From IMG/VR virus record IMGVR_UViG_3300047553_000733, positions 38,185 to 102,184 of that record: a stretch of DNA of 64,000 bases. One strand, 5' to 3'. This DNA comes from a virus. Both the position numbers and the translations under genes were made by a program. Positions 28,301 through 38,900 of this stretch are shown here, one piece after another; the first letter of the stretch is position 1; each line of letters begins with the position of its first letter. The notes under the pieces were generated by a model that ran no database searches, was not told the DNA's origin, and saw only the letters and a list, made by a program, of their open reading frames with translations.

Positions 28301-28596
28301 GGTGTAATATTAACAGAGTCTTTTATAGCGACATACACAACGCCGCCGTGTGCAACACCGTCACCAACTTTATAGTTGCCGGTTGTGCTAAAAGTACCCA
28401 AGAAGTTAAAACCTTCTACCATCAGGGCCCAATAAGCCGTGTCAGTAGGTAAGATTCCTGCTGTTTTTAATGCGTATGTATATACGTATACGTTACCACC
28501 ATACTTAACGATATCATTTGATTCGTATGTAGTGCTGGAACTCCACTGACCAGCGAAGTGGAAGCGTAATTTGCCTAGATCAATTAATTGACTCAT
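22369..28596 (-). CDS. large modular tail fibre / virion structural protein
   Basis: 9 N-terminal Y..NDIV.YGG..Y repeats (CBM5/12-like), about 10 GSGYT...GDGTGATA repeats, beta-helix-like region YYVAPHG.D...PFASIKYA...GTYSE..VGD. Confidence 0.85.
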   Translation of the reverse strand: MSQLIDLGKLRFHFAGQWSSSTTYESNDIVKYGGNVYVYTYALKTAGILPTDTAYWALMVEGFNFLGTFSTTGNYKVGDGVAHGGVVYVAIKDSVNITPPNATYWSRFLDGIQYEGTYSPTTSYQKNDVVKYGGSIYVAKQDGTNNLPTVTAYWDRFVEGVSPRSVYNEATAYVPNDLVAYGANIYRAKTETTGNAPSNTTYWELYVGGIKFTGNYSAVTEYYVNDIVVYGNNIYRSKLTQSNTLPTVAANWELLTAGNSYKGTYVNATNYYQGDIVSYGGNVYIALGVTTGNLPTDATKWQVYSSGFSYQGVWSSGTEYKINEIVGYGGSLYRSKADNQGVNPTTTATWDKVVAGFKLRGTWATATQYATDEVVTYGGNTYISILPHASVDFNTDLAANKWQKFNSGIRWMGTWNSTTQYYKDDVVKAGASSFIAAVDTIGGSNPAGGTNANWASFATGAEGFLSKDGDAMLGMLTLYAAPTDPLHAATKAYVDQFINAAAGGTISGPLVASGVNASYTAQNGATINISGGSLNLTNGSTLNTDGTSTLGNTRVSGNLDVDGDLNIDGGDVTVSGNNLNLANTTVTTVNAFGAATSVNIGATTGTTRIKNNLDVDGDVNIDGGDVTVSAATLNLANENATTVTAFGAANNLTLGKTGALTTVKSNVTVDGVLDVISGSTVTNTTMDPTGFDNEHPDTRGVVEYSDNGTRVYSIDKTGAVTVRENGIFASGTAYSTNAAARTLVVFPAPGQTKFVYWINGVRYEKTALVSRQSATIAGYNYFYFEGGTLTSSANRTDAILTTTANVAAVNGSSNNSRALSVEDQRHGISMDGATLVRLKRAEKAKVISGYGLTPISAAVATYTNTKTGELRDADLTFTAPVKTGNKFLTRIGSTWKLADFDDAQFSYKLGVLGGVTVTSQGSGYSGLSTTLSVQGDGTGAVVTPVLAGAPLQSITLTNAGYNYANDSTITLSGDGTGATAALVVAPGKNVASAAITNAGSRYTSVTGTVVGGGGTGATVAITLNTGTPVAHVHMDTLGSGYTNATATITGDGTGATATVTIVAGAVTDIDITNGGSGYTYANVTITGNGTGATATAYTLKSFIQGYEITNVGSGYTSAPTVTITGDGHGATATAQVTAGGVTDVVITNGGHGYTYATMTFSGGGGTGATVNPILSGYPIGSVTVTNPGKNYTSTPTVQLTANQYAQNGAIALTLAEGNSIGSVSITNPGTNYTYATATINSSTPGTGAQFTIQATPSGILGVTIVDPGKHYSYANIIATDTGGATGFAATTTLTPVPQYNNYVNAGTGFDLNNIPANKFTNTYFVATNSTDRVIKIPSSYVFNSIREAFQYATQEIKELKDYGLPYNSYEFVGFSVLNNTGEVVAVPSTNQGNNILYYDLLANQVNAAPLNAGGTKVGRSPTISSAGTAALWLGATESSKVYYVAPHGVDTAVNGSNLATPFASIKYACQQAEPGSTIFVKTGTYSEQLPITVPANVAIVGDNQRTTIVQPASGNSDDGVTPNNQSTMWLLSNGSILNKMTFVGMTGWVPGATPGDITTSTIRGVVARLNPASPITTKSPYVLECSAIGSGLIGALVDGTVHATGAKTMIFHGFTVISDNGIGYWMKDGGKAEIVSCFTYYCYFGYASTGGGHIRALNGNNSYGTWGAVSRGFDVNETAVTGALIGQQLNFVYQGGTINVGDTCTSSSGATGIVTNVQYSANKVYLKATTGTFALGNTLTFTSGGTGTVSAGALEGQKGFVLVLNNLTAAPKPGQSIQLAGDAVAYVVQSVTGTYVDATSQLVVVLAQEKPTGSASGTAVTLRSKYSQIRLTGHDFLSIGTGGISTTNYPGTPTQAAAQGNETDEAYPGRVFYVSTDQDGNFRVGEYFRIDQATGRATLNANAFDLAGLTSLKLGSIGAQLGETINEFSSDASMSGNSNTAVPTEYAVRTYVNTLTNTNGISGASTTYDANGYLTAATWDAYTYAVTYKNVTLPANADGIPYSQFIPGFSAWLTSNSITIPTTSPTLTSGQIATYVSAPIKVIDKITETHAQGYKNGTYTVNYNNNLQITSVVLS

Positions 28597-28597
28597 A

Positions 28598-28828
28598 TTA
28601 TATTAGCCTCATCAATAAGTGTCCTTTATTGCCCCACTCGAACCTTACGGTATCCTTTGTCCAAAACCACTGTTTGTAGTCGTACTTGTCGATTACACCA
28701 TCTTGTGGTAGTGAAACTGGGGTGTCCCCGTCTAAAATCTCTATATCTAAATTGCCAGTGTCAGGATTTAGACGAAATCCATAAAACACTTTGTCGACTA
28801 AATCTGTTCCGCTGTATAAGCCACTCAT
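28598..28828 (-). CDS. small virion-associated protein
   Basis: coupled ORF within the fibre operon. Confidence 0.65.
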   Translation of the reverse strand: MSGLYSGTDLVDKVFYGFRLNPDTGNLDIEILDGDTPVSLPQDGVIDKYDYKQWFWTKDTVRFEWGNKGHLLMRLI

Positions 28829-29148
28829 TATGCTACTCCTTGCAGTATTGAAAACACTGCATCAACACTACTGTCAACCGCAGCACTTACTACTAACTTA
28901 TCGCCAGCATCGAGTACTAACTTATTGCCCTTCATCAACTCAAAAGGCTCACCAGCATCTACTCGCCTATTCTTCTGTACATAAGTATCTGTTACACCTC
29001 GTCTAAGTACTAAGGTAATTGGAACTGTTGTACTTGTAAGGTTGGTTAGATTACAACCTATAACAATAGACTTTTCGGGCGCTGTAAAACTTATAACTTC
29101 TGTGGTACCAACGGCACGTGATATTGCATTTACAAATACTGTTGCCAT
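28828..29148 (-). CDS. small beta-rich virion protein
   Basis: coupled ORF; KLVLDAGDKL motif common in fibre clusters. Confidence 0.7.
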   Translation of the reverse strand: MATVFVNAISRAVGTTEVISFTAPEKSIVIGCNLTNLTSTTVPITLVLRRGVTDTYVQKNRRVDAGEPFELMKGNKLVLDAGDKLVVSAAVDSSVDAVFSILQGVA

Positions 29149-29151
29149 ATT

Positions 29152-29382
29152 TTACCCCAGTGCTATTGCCATTACAATCGCCTTTTCTGTAGCAATTGTA
29201 TTGATTAGTGAATCAATACCACCACCACCAGCTGTAATGTTATTAACGGTGCCGTCATGCTTTTTATAGTATAGCGCACCGTCTTTATAGTTAATTGCTA
29301 GTTCGCCAAACTCTAAGTCTTGTGGTTGAGGGACCTTGCCAGCCACATCACTACGTTTTAATTTAAGTACTGGTTCTGCCAT
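29152..29382 (-). CDS. small tail protein with Mtd N-terminal-like domain
   Basis: LKLKRS...P...LEFGELAINYKDGALY; C-terminal IVMAIALG. Confidence 0.7.
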   Translation of the reverse strand: MAEPVLKLKRSDVAGKVPQPQDLEFGELAINYKDGALYYKKHDGTVNNITAGGGGIDSLINTIATEKAIVMAIALG

Positions 29383-29397
29383 AAGGCCCTCCTAATA

Positions 29398-30729
29398 TTA
29401 ATAAGTGCCACAGTCTACTTGGGTTAGCTCAACACTACCATTTGTAACTGTAAATTGTGTAGCTACAAAACTAGCTAGGCCTTTAATTAGTGTGGTGGCT
29501 GTTGGAATTACTGTTTGTGTTACCGCAGTAACCAAACCCTTGCCATTAACTGTTAGGGTAGGTACTGTTATGCTATCACCAAAACTGCCAACATTGCTGT
29601 TTACAGTTGCCAGTGTAATTGCTGCGCTAACATTTGCACTACCATCAACTGCTGTTAGTGTTGCTGTTGCATCACCAGTTAAGCTTAAGTTACGGGCTGT
29701 TTGCCACTTTGTAGCAGTATCTGCATTTCCACGCAAGTTACCAAATACTTGTGCAACTGTTAGGTCTTTGTTCATTGACCAACGATCATCACCACTGTTA
29801 TAGGTAAAAGTAGCTGGCGTTGCTGGTCCCATAATTGTCAAACCACCACCATCAGCCATTGCTGCACTAGTAGCGTCCTTGGCCAGCTCAATATTCTTAT
29901 CACCAATCGCAACTGTTGTACTATTTACAGTGGTTACTGTGCCAAGTACTGTTAGGTTACCTGTGATACTAGCATTACCATCAATATTGATGTTAGCTGC
30001 TGTAATGTCATTACTGTACAGTGCACCGTTAACAGTTACGTCGTTAAATGTAACGTTGCTGGTTGGTGCAAGTGCTTGTGGTAAGTTAATTGTAATTGTG
30101 TTGTTAGTTACTGTGGTTAGTACGCCTACGCCACCAGCGACTGTTAGTGTATCTGTTAATAAACTGACTGTATCAGTACCAGTATTACCTGCTACACTTA
30201 AATTTGTTGCAACGTTTACTGTGCCAGCAGCTGTTAATCTACCTTTAGCATCCACAGTAAAAGTAGGAATTTCTGTTGCGCTGCCGTAATTGCCGGCCGT
30301 TACTCCACTGTTGGCCAAAGTTAATGCTGCGCTTACATTCTGACTACCATCTACACTGCTCAGAGTAGCTGTAGCATCGCCAGTTAACTGCAAATTTCGT
30401 GGATTGAGCCACTTTGTAGCAGTATCGGCATTGCCGATTAGTGCAGCAGTAATATTGCGTGCTGTAAAATCGCCGTTTGTATCACGCTTTACTAGTGTGC
30501 CGACTACATTTAAATTAGTGGCAGCATCTACCATATCTGTGTAACGCTTACCACCAATAATAATGTGATTTACTGCGTTACCAGCAGTTTCAGTACCCAT
30601 ACCAATGTATAGTCTGTCACCGCCATTCGAACCATTATCGGAGAGAGCACTATAAGCTAGTTCACCTGCAGCTAATACCGCTGGATTACCGCTTAACTCA
30701 CTGCGTTTAATTCTTAATAATGAACCCAT
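29398..30729 (-). CDS. tail fibre protein with Mtd N-terminal-like domain
   Basis: LRIKRS...LAAGELAY...LYIG; internal duplication [33 protein letters not shown]. Confidence 0.8.
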   Translation of the reverse strand: MGSLLRIKRSELSGNPAVLAAGELAYSALSDNGSNGGDRLYIGMGTETAGNAVNHIIIGGKRYTDMVDAATNLNVVGTLVKRDTNGDFTARNITAALIGNADTATKWLNPRNLQLTGDATATLSSVDGSQNVSAALTLANSGVTAGNYGSATEIPTFTVDAKGRLTAAGTVNVATNLSVAGNTGTDTVSLLTDTLTVAGGVGVLTTVTNNTITINLPQALAPTSNVTFNDVTVNGALYSNDITAANINIDGNASITGNLTVLGTVTTVNSTTVAIGDKNIELAKDATSAAMADGGGLTIMGPATPATFTYNSGDDRWSMNKDLTVAQVFGNLRGNADTATKWQTARNLSLTGDATATLTAVDGSANVSAAITLATVNSNVGSFGDSITVPTLTVNGKGLVTAVTQTVIPTATTLIKGLASFVATQFTVTNGSVELTQVDCGTY

Positions 30730-30741
30730 ATCGTGTCCCCT

Positions 30742-31008
30742 TTAAAACTGACCTGCTTCAAAAATTTGTTTTTCAAGCAAGTTAGTTGCTATCCATTTCT
30801 GAGTACTGACATTATATACCAGTATCCCGCCATCTTGTAGTTGTGTTAAGTCAACATCAGCACTATTAGTTATGCTAGCAACGCTTGGTGGAGGCATCAT
30901 GCCTGTTACTACCACTGTCGCTTTTTTATCATCAACTACAACATTTTGAACTTCTTGCCGTTGTACAACGGTGCTATTATTTGACTCTACTACAACTACA
31001 TCTGTCAT
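30742..31008 (-). CDS. small virion structural protein
   Basis: DVD...LQDGGILVYN....KW motif of fibre-associated proteins. Confidence 0.65.
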   Translation of the reverse strand: MTDVVVVESNNSTVVQRQEVQNVVVDDKKATVVVTGMMPPPSVASITNSADVDLTQLQDGGILVYNVSTQKWIATNLLEKQIFEAGQF

Positions 31009-31595
31009 CTTGTAATCTCCGGCACTAGTGTTAAGTTGCCAACAAGAAATGGTACTACATTGTTGCCATTATATAACTCTAGACTGTATACTGCAGTGGT
31101 AAAGTTAAACTGACTGGTAACATTTCCTAAGATGGTAATTGTGATTGTTTTGTAAGTATTGTCTAAAATAATTTGTCCTGCTGCACTAGTTGCTTCGTAT
31201 ATAGTGGTTGGACTATCCACAGTTTCGCGAATCTGCATTCTGGCGCTGTAGGTGCTCAAATCTACTGCATCATTATACTCTACTACACCACCACTAGTAT
31301 ACTGAGTATACTGTAAGCTATTTACTTGATTCAGTGTAATTGTATTTGCAGTGGTTGCTGTAGCTACGTGGTAGTTATCGCCTAGAGTATTGATTTCCTT
31401 CATGCCACCGGCACCAACCACTTTAAATCGCCATAAATTTGGCATAACATGATTTTGACTGGTAGTGATTACGCAAGGTGCTGCTTTAGAAATATTCTGT
31501 ATGGGTACATAAACTTTTGTTTGTGTTTCCCATCTATAGACTTCTTGAAATGTGCTACCCTGGTAAATTTTGTAATTAATCTTAGCTGGTTGCAT
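31005..31595 (-). CDS. fibre adaptor / upper-baseplate-like protein
   Basis: IYQGSTF, DLSTYSARMQIR, AVYSLEL...G.LTLVPEITR. Confidence 0.65.
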   Translation of the reverse strand: MQPAKINYKIYQGSTFQEVYRWETQTKVYVPIQNISKAAPCVITTSQNHVMPNLWRFKVVGAGGMKEINTLGDNYHVATATTANTITLNQVNSLQYTQYTSGGVVEYNDAVDLSTYSARMQIRETVDSPTTIYEATSAAGQIILDNTYKTITITILGNVTSQFNFTTAVYSLELYNGNNVVPFLVGNLTLVPEITR

Positions 31596-31941
31596 TCTGA
31601 GTTACCTTTATCTTTCTAACAGCAGCAACTTTTTTAAATGCATTTAACTCATTAGTTAGTGCTACAACTTCAGTTTGTAGCTTATCATTTTCTATACATA
31701 ACTGACGAAGTTGAGCATTTAATTGAATTATTTCTTGCTGCAGTTTGTTTAATTCAGTGCTCAGCACAGTATTCTGCGCACTCATGCGTTCCAACTCTTG
31801 GTGCATTAGTTTCATAATGCCGTCGCCTGTTTCAGACAGGCGCCAATCTTGTGTTAGCTTTTTAATACTAAATGCTAGTACTATTACTGCTAATGCAATC
31901 ATTAAAATAGCGTCATAGGCCATAGTGCTATTTACCTCCAT
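31582..31941 (-). CDS. single-TM coiled-coil protein (possible holin/antiholin)
   Basis: N-terminal TM plus heptad repeat; first gene after a consensus promoter. Confidence 0.55.
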   Translation of the reverse strand: MEVNSTMAYDAILMIALAVIVLAFSIKKLTQDWRLSETGDGIMKLMHQELERMSAQNTVLSTELNKLQQEIIQLNAQLRQLCIENDKLQTEVVALTNELNAFKKVAAVRKIKVTQNATS

Positions 31942-32065
31942 AGTTCATATCTACTCTATTAGCAGTAATACGAATACTTTTCAAAGTTATATTCGGCTTT
32001 TATATGCTTTCTGCGGCTTCCAGACTTGTTCATAATTTTTGCTGACCGCCAGTACAATTTGATAT

Positions 32066-32094
32066 ATTATACCATAAGGGCAGAGTGTTGTCAA
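32066..32094 (-). promoter_or_regulatory. sigma70 consensus promoter for the side-fibre operon
   Basis: TTGACA-17-TATAAT. Confidence 0.88.
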
Positions 32095-32097
32095 TGC

Positions 32098-32137
32098 AAA
32101 AAAATACCCTGCCCACCAATTTGGACAGGGTATTTTT
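32098..32137 (-). terminator. rho-independent terminator
   Basis: AAAAATACCCTG...CAGGGTATTTTT stem followed by a U tract. Confidence 0.8.
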
Positions 32138-32153
32138 AAAGCATAATATTCAA

Positions 32154-35100
32154 CTATGCACCACCACCGTAGTCTGTAAACTTATAGTAATAGAATGTAA
32201 GAGTTCTATAACTAGCAGGATAACTGGCATCTTGACCCGGAAATGTTGCTGTTAAAGTATAATAACCTTCTGGAACATATGGTCTAATGTTTGTTCCAAA
32301 GTTAAAACTAGCTATTCCTGATGCATCAATAGTACCATTTGCTGAAGCACCTACTGCGGCAGGGCCCGCAGTAATAGTCCAAGTTATATTAGAATTTGGT
32401 TTTGCATCGTAAACATAAAAATTACTATCATATGGTAAGGCTGCTTGATTATCATAGTAAACTGATGGGGATACATAAGGATAATACTGTTGTACATAAC
32501 CGCAGCTAAGACTATTACTTTGCACTGTTTGGCTGTAGGTGCCGCCGCGACCATTCCAGTAGTTTTGCATTAGGTTAACACCACTGCAATACTGTCCACC
32601 ACTTGCTGTGCCATAATCCCAAAATACTTGTACTGTAGTACTTCTTATGTGATTATTATGTGGAAATCTAATCCACAATCGTTTAGTACGTTGGTCACTA
32701 CTAAACGAGCTGCCAGTAACTCCAGGATTAATAAAGCTGCCGTTCTCGTCCGTACTTACTCCAGTACCTGGCCATGTTGTTGGTTGAGGGTCACCATCAT
32801 TTAAAATTGAATATTCAAATGGTTCATTAGGTTTAGCGTTACTAATTATAACATATGCTGCTTCTGACAAGGATACTCGATTGTCTACAAAACCATTATT
32901 ATACGAATCTTGGTTGGTTATAATAACAGTCTCATTATAATCAACATATCCGCAATATGTACTATTATACTCTAGTACGCTAGTATATGTACCGCCAGTA
33001 CCATTATGGTAGTTCTGGTACTTAGTATACTGGTTAGCACCAGTACCACAGTATGGTCCACCACTAGGAGTTCCTGCTGCGGGATATTGACTAGTATCAT
33101 TAATTGTAATATCTACATAAGCTTTTACCGGGCCGCTAGTACTGCCACTTTTTAAGTAGAAGCCTATTACTTCTGTACCTTCAGTAATTTGATCGTTCTT
33201 AAAAAATATTTGAAAATATACTGTAGTAGTGTTTGTTTCATCACCATAGTTAGTAAAGCTGCCAGAAGCTATTTGCCCTTGATACTGAAAACCGTTGCCA
33301 TCATTGTAGTCAATATTAATGTACTCTATATCGTTTAAAGTTATGTTAGTGCCACCAACTATCCAGTAAACTACAGTTCCATATGGTACTCCAGCTACAG
33401 TTGCTGTAAGTGTAGTTCCGCTACCCTCATTAACTGTAAGTGGTGATGCAGTCACATTATAACTTGCTTGAAGTTGCGAAGTGTCATTAATAGTAATTGT
33501 AGCGCTGGTAGCTTTTACAGTACCGCCAGTACCATTTATTCTAACCTGTGCTTGAAAAGTTTCTGCACCCTCATTAATACTGTTATCAGCAGTAGGAGTT
33601 ACGCTAAAACTTCCGGCATTATTATTGATAGTAAAACTACCACTACTGGTGCCAAAATCCCCAGCATTACTAACTGTCCAGTATAGGGTAGTGCCGTTTG
33701 GTACATTGGTAGTTGCAACATTAAAAATTAGTGCACTACCTTCGTTTACACTGGTAGCACTGCCTGCAGCTGCAACACTGTACGTTGCAGCTTGTGTAAC
33801 AGTTATAGTATTAGTAGTTCGCCAATGTTTGCTTGTACCAAACCTAACCCACATCTTCCAATTTCCTGCGCCGCCGAAATCAGCACCTGTAGGACTAGGG
33901 TTATAGTACTCACCATTTTCATCTAAGTAAACTGTTCCTGGTGACAGTGTTGACTTAAAATCGTTTGTAAAATAATCAATTATATCATTGTTTGTATAAG
34001 TAGCAGGTGCTATTACATATCGAACAGTATCATATGGCTGACCACCATAAAAATGAACTGCAGTTGTTTCATCTGTGGCAATGTTGGCAGGATTTATACT
34101 TACTACTTCATTATATGGTGTAGATATTTCTACTATAGGTATTTGTATAGAGGCCAGATCTCCTTCATCGTCATAAACTCTGAATGTTATTGTATCATTT
34201 TCATTATAAACATAATCTTGCAGTGTTTTAATATCTGTGGAGGCAACGCCGTTACTTATTATGAAAGTACCGAACGGAGAACTTTCTAAATCGCCGCCCT
34301 GCAATCCATCTATAATCCAGGGTACTTGTGAACCATTTTGCAAACCAACTGTGGTAAGAGTAACACGTACTGCTTGCCCCTCTTCAATACTATTGGCACT
34401 TTTTGTAAGTGAATAACTAACATAATCATTTATCTGAAAACTTATGCTTGCAGCTTGGTTATTTAGCGTTAAACTTGCTGACTCTGTGCCTTCCATGCTG
34501 CCATCATTTACTGCATAAAAAGTATAAGTTGCCTGATTAGTATTAATTATAAAGTTACCGGTTAGTGTATTAGTACTAAAATCACTAGCCGTAATTCCTG
34601 TACCAGTTATGGTAAATGGAACTACAGTACCGTTATCTAAACCTGAAGTTGTAAGCGTAAACGTTATGGGAAATCCGCTCTCACCTTCATTTATACTAGT
34701 TCTGTCAGCTGTTAAAACATATCCAACAGGCAGTCCAGGAAAGTTATAGCCTTGGTATAGCGGCGTTTTATCAACAACTATTAAGTTTTGAATACCCACT
34801 GTACCAGCATTAAGTATTTTTGGTGGTGGATTACCTAATCCAGCATTCGTATAAATAGCGGGCGGATTACTAGTGTATACTGTATTTCCAACTCTGGAAA
34901 AAACTGTTGGTGATACTATTGCATTACTGCCAAGGAAACCACCGTTAGTATAGCCCAACACTACATTTGGAAAAACAAAGGCTGGGTTTGCTGGTAAAAA
35001 TCCACTTATATCATTTGGATACGCATCTACCCCAGGACCTACAAAATTTATGTTATCAGGTATTTGTATTTGTGGATATTGATATATCTGCAAGTGACGT

Positions 35101-35585
35101 TTGGTTGAGTCAAACATACACTCACCCTGACTATTAAATAATTGAGCCCCGTATCCGCTACCAGGAATTATTGGATCTATAGCAAATGCATATACTTCAG
35201 GGAAGTCTGCCGCAACTGGTACTGCGTCAATAGGCACATAGGCAACTATATCTATGTAGCCATATCCTGGGCTAGGTGCTGCTAGTGAATAAGGTTTTTC
35301 CAAATAGTACCAAATATTCTTATTACTGCTTGGTAAGGTAATAGCTGGAAACGTAGTTTTATCTGTAGGCATACTATAGCGTAGTCGGTAGACTTTCCAG
35401 GTTCCTACACGACTTGCAGTATATGCTCCATAACCCCAAAAGACACTTATATTTAGTCTAGGGTATTCTGCGGTAATATTAGTTACACCTAATACTTGTG
35501 ACTGGCTATGAAACCATGGTTTCAAATTATTATCGTCAATAATAGTTTGGTTGTTGTCGTTATAAAATTTAAATCCAAAAGTCAT
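32154..35585 (-). CDS. tail-tip receptor-binding/fibre protein with Calx-beta/Ig-like repeats
   Basis: FGFKFYND start, YGAQLFNSQGECMFDS, four S[IV][NE]EG...T..VPNGT.[VL].[WF] Ig-like repeats. Confidence 0.75.
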   Translation of the reverse strand: MTFGFKFYNDNNQTIIDDNNLKPWFHSQSQVLGVTNITAEYPRLNISVFWGYGAYTASRVGTWKVYRLRYSMPTDKTTFPAITLPSSNKNIWYYLEKPYSLAAPSPGYGYIDIVAYVPIDAVPVAADFPEVYAFAIDPIIPGSGYGAQLFNSQGECMFDSTKRHLQIYQYPQIQIPDNINFVGPGVDAYPNDISGFLPANPAFVFPNVVLGYTNGGFLGSNAIVSPTVFSRVGNTVYTSNPPAIYTNAGLGNPPPKILNAGTVGIQNLIVVDKTPLYQGYNFPGLPVGYVLTADRTSINEGESGFPITFTLTTSGLDNGTVVPFTITGTGITASDFSTNTLTGNFIINTNQATYTFYAVNDGSMEGTESASLTLNNQAASISFQINDYVSYSLTKSANSIEEGQAVRVTLTTVGLQNGSQVPWIIDGLQGGDLESSPFGTFIISNGVASTDIKTLQDYVYNENDTITFRVYDDEGDLASIQIPIVEISTPYNEVVSINPANIATDETTAVHFYGGQPYDTVRYVIAPATYTNNDIIDYFTNDFKSTLSPGTVYLDENGEYYNPSPTGADFGGAGNWKMWVRFGTSKHWRTTNTITVTQAATYSVAAAGSATSVNEGSALIFNVATTNVPNGTTLYWTVSNAGDFGTSSGSFTINNNAGSFSVTPTADNSINEGAETFQAQVRINGTGGTVKATSATITINDTSQLQASYNVTASPLTVNEGSGTTLTATVAGVPYGTVVYWIVGGTNITLNDIEYINIDYNDGNGFQYQGQIASGSFTNYGDETNTTTVYFQIFFKNDQITEGTEVIGFYLKSGSTSGPVKAYVDITINDTSQYPAAGTPSGGPYCGTGANQYTKYQNYHNGTGGTYTSVLEYNSTYCGYVDYNETVIITNQDSYNNGFVDNRVSLSEAAYVIISNAKPNEPFEYSILNDGDPQPTTWPGTGVSTDENGSFINPGVTGSSFSSDQRTKRLWIRFPHNNHIRSTTVQVFWDYGTASGGQYCSGVNLMQNYWNGRGGTYSQTVQSNSLSCGYVQQYYPYVSPSVYYDNQAALPYDSNFYVYDAKPNSNITWTITAGPAAVGASANGTIDASGIASFNFGTNIRPYVPEGYYTLTATFPGQDASYPASYRTLTFYYYKFTDYGGGA

Positions 35586-35902
35586 TTTGCCAACACCATT
35601 AAAACTGTAGGATTATTAAGACTGCCTGGTAAGGTTGCTCCCACGCTTTCCCACTCTGAATAAACTACACGATTATAAACAATTCTTTTAAAAGTACTAT
35701 TATCTGTAACAACCTCATAAGTATGGTTTCCACTCTGTAGTGGTACAAATGTTAAAGTCATTGGCACAACATAACTTGGTAAATAAATTATACCGCTTGT
35801 ATTTGGTGGAAATACCGCAAATTGCACAAATACACCACCCTGACTAGTACTGTCAAAGGCGGTGTTACCATACTCATCTGCTATTTTCATTCCATATGCC
35901 AT
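35582..35902 (-). CDS. small tail-tip protein
   Basis: MAYGMKIADEYGNTAFDST, typical of small genes following gpJ. Confidence 0.7.
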   Translation of the reverse strand: MAYGMKIADEYGNTAFDSTSQGGVFVQFAVFPPNTSGIIYLPSYVVPMTLTFVPLQSGNHTYEVVTDNSTFKRIVYNRVVYSEWESVGATLPGSLNNPTVLMVLAK

Positions 35903-38900
35903 TATGCTTGTCCTGCTGGTGAGCTTAAGTTACCAATTACCACACGGCGTACTCCAGTGTCGTACACTTCAATCTTATTCTCGAATAGTTTCATGTAGGT
36001 ACTACCACTAGTATTACCTAGTCTTAATTGATTTGCATATATTGAGTTTGTGGTTATTTTTCCACCATCTATTGTTGTAACATTACTAAGTGTATTAGTA
36101 GCATAATTACCTGCAGCATTATTTACTGCCGTACTTGCGGCAGTAGTTGCGATACTAGTAGCTGTAGTGGAGGTTACATACTGATTATTTGTAAAGGTAA
36201 CCAATCCGTCAAAATTTTGGTGTGTAAATGGTGAGCTAATGGTGACTGTTTGGGCACCACCATACTCTGTTTCTTGTACACTATACCTTACAGCCCACAA
36301 GCTTACGCCATTATTAGGAGATGGTGCTGTAAATGTTGTATCCCAACCACTAGTAACACTACTAAAATTTCCTGTACTAAAATTATATCCGCTGGCACTG
36401 ACTGGGCCGGGTGCGCTGCCTTGGGCTGTGCCGTAGTATAAGAATCCGGTTGCATTTCTTAGTGGTAATCCAGCCTCACCGCTTACGCGCACAGGCTGCT
36501 GCCAAGTCCAAGTACTACTACCAGCGGCTTTAGTACCAAAAGTAGTCCACACAGGCCCAGTGCCAGGAGTACCAGCAATAGTATCATACCAACCAATAGG
36601 TGGATTCGCAGTACCGGCACCAGGAGGATTTGGCAAATCGCTGCTACGAATATACGCCTGTGCTGTACTACTTCCGCTAGTACCATCAATGCCTTCTACA
36701 CGATAAGGCACATTCCAAGTATAAACTTTTGATCCATTTATTGCAGTTACTACTGTAGCATCAGAAGCCCATAGTGGATAGTTGGGATTAGCAGTAGTAG
36801 CTTCTGCAACAGTTGCATACCAAAATTGCGGTGGACTAGTAGTAGTACTAGTTGCTATACCTGGTTGCGTAGCCCATCGTTGATATACTGTGGTTACACC
36901 ATTGCCTGGCGCACCAGGCTGTCCTGTTGCACCGTCTTTAGTTTTAGTTATGGTTAGGGTTTTATCTACAGTTACTGTAGTAGTTCCAGGCACGCTTATG
37001 GTAGCTCTATAAGTGCAGCTTCCTGAGGAAGTACCTGTAAAAGCGCTTACAGTTATTGTTCCAGCAGCATCAATAGTACTAGTTATACCAGTTTCTGTAC
37101 CGGCGACTTTACTAAAAGATATATTGCTGGTTACTTGTTGTGCACCCCTAAAGACTAAAAAGTTAGTAGTAATAGGAAGTTGTCCACTGTAAATTACTCC
37201 GTCTTTATCTGCTTGCAGAGTTTGATTTTCATTTACTAGTCCAGCACTAATGCTGTCATCACCTTCTTGTACACTGTATACAGTAAATATATCCTGTGCA
37301 GTTATTCCACCACTGCCACTTACCACACACTTGATTAGCTTTGATGCAGTAGGTGCAAAAGCACTCACTATAAATTCACTGCCAACTTGTCCAGACTGTA
37401 GGACATTATCCACATACCAAGCGTACTGTGCTCCAGGAATATTTAAAACCTGTGCACTTAGCTCTATGCTTGGTGTGTTATAAGCAGTGCTGTTTTTCAA
37501 TCTAACAAAAGCTAGTCCAGGGTCTGCGGTTATGTTTACCACAGGCGCACTTGAGCCATCTATTACTTTATTAAATCTAATTATTCTGTAAACTGTTTCG
37601 GTGCCAATTGTAAAATTAATTTTAAAGCTGGCGTAGCTGGTAGTTATACCAGTAACAGTTATTTTACCTGTGGTAGTATTAACAGCAGGATTGGCAAAAG
37701 TTACACCAACCACTTCCACAATATTATAAGTTATTTGGTTGCTTGGTATAATTTCGGAACCGCGTACAACTGTGGTATTAATTTCTAGTGGAAACTGTGA
37801 GGGGTCGGGTACGTTATTACTATCACAAGAAATTGGTGTATTTTCAGGAGTTGCAGCAGCAGCTAGCACACTACTACCTTCTTGTAGGTAGTATAGTGTA
37901 TGCTCATCAAATAGAGTTATTGGTTCCTGCTGAGCGTTTTGACCAGTTACGTCTACTCTTATCTCTTTACTTGCTACATTTGTGAATTTATTAATACGCA
38001 GTGTATTAGTAGTTTGGCCAGTTTGTACCAGGCCCTCTATGCGCCAAACGTACTGTGGATTGAGCACATTAGATGTACTTGCGACTACATCTATATAGGC
38101 AGGGCTAGTAGCAGTTTCTGGCTGGTTTGCTGGTCGTACAAATGCTAGTGCGGCAGAGCGTAATGTTACCTGTGGCGCACTTGCTCCAGTTATACCCTGT
38201 TTACTTTTCGAAAATTTTTGTTTTACTACTCTGGAACCAATTGCTCCAGACTTTGTTCTCCACTCCACGGTGTAGGCAATTTCTGCAGTATCTGCAGTCA
38301 TGTTTGCATGTTGTGGGAATGCTATACTATAACTAGTATAAACAGGCTGATCTTCGGCAACTATTCCAGTTGCGTCAATATTTGTAATTCTCCACGTACC
38401 GCTAGAGTATGGACTATTTATATCAACAGCAAGTTTATCTCCGCCTTCATAAACTTCTATAACGGTGCCTGTTTCTAGGTACTCGGTTGGATCTACTAAA
38501 CCATCCTCGTCTGCTTGTAGTTGCACAACAGGATTATCAACGTCAATGGTAATGCTATCAGTACCATTATCCAGCCTCAGTATAGTATCTTCGTCATATA
38601 CATTACCAATTTGTGCTCTAACAACGGCATACTTGACTTCATTGCTTACATGAAACTGTTGCCTAGATATGGTAATTGTGTTATTATTTTGAGTAAATAG
38701 TGGATTGGATGAGGTAATTTCTGTACCATCAGCTCTATAAGCTTTAACTGTAAAGGTAGCAGTACCAGTTAAATTAGTTAGATTAGCAGTTGCAACTACT
38801 TGAGCAGTTTCTGCTAGTGTAGCACCAGCATCTCTATACAAGAAATTATCAGGAACCATTACTAAGCGAATTTGTGGTGCGTCCTGACCAATACCGTTTA

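Noticed and set aside
29152-30729. Mtd N-terminal-like domains suggesting a diversity-generating retroelement
   Set aside because: No reverse transcriptase and no adenine-specific TR/VR pair seen; the internal duplication is an ordinary fibre repeat.
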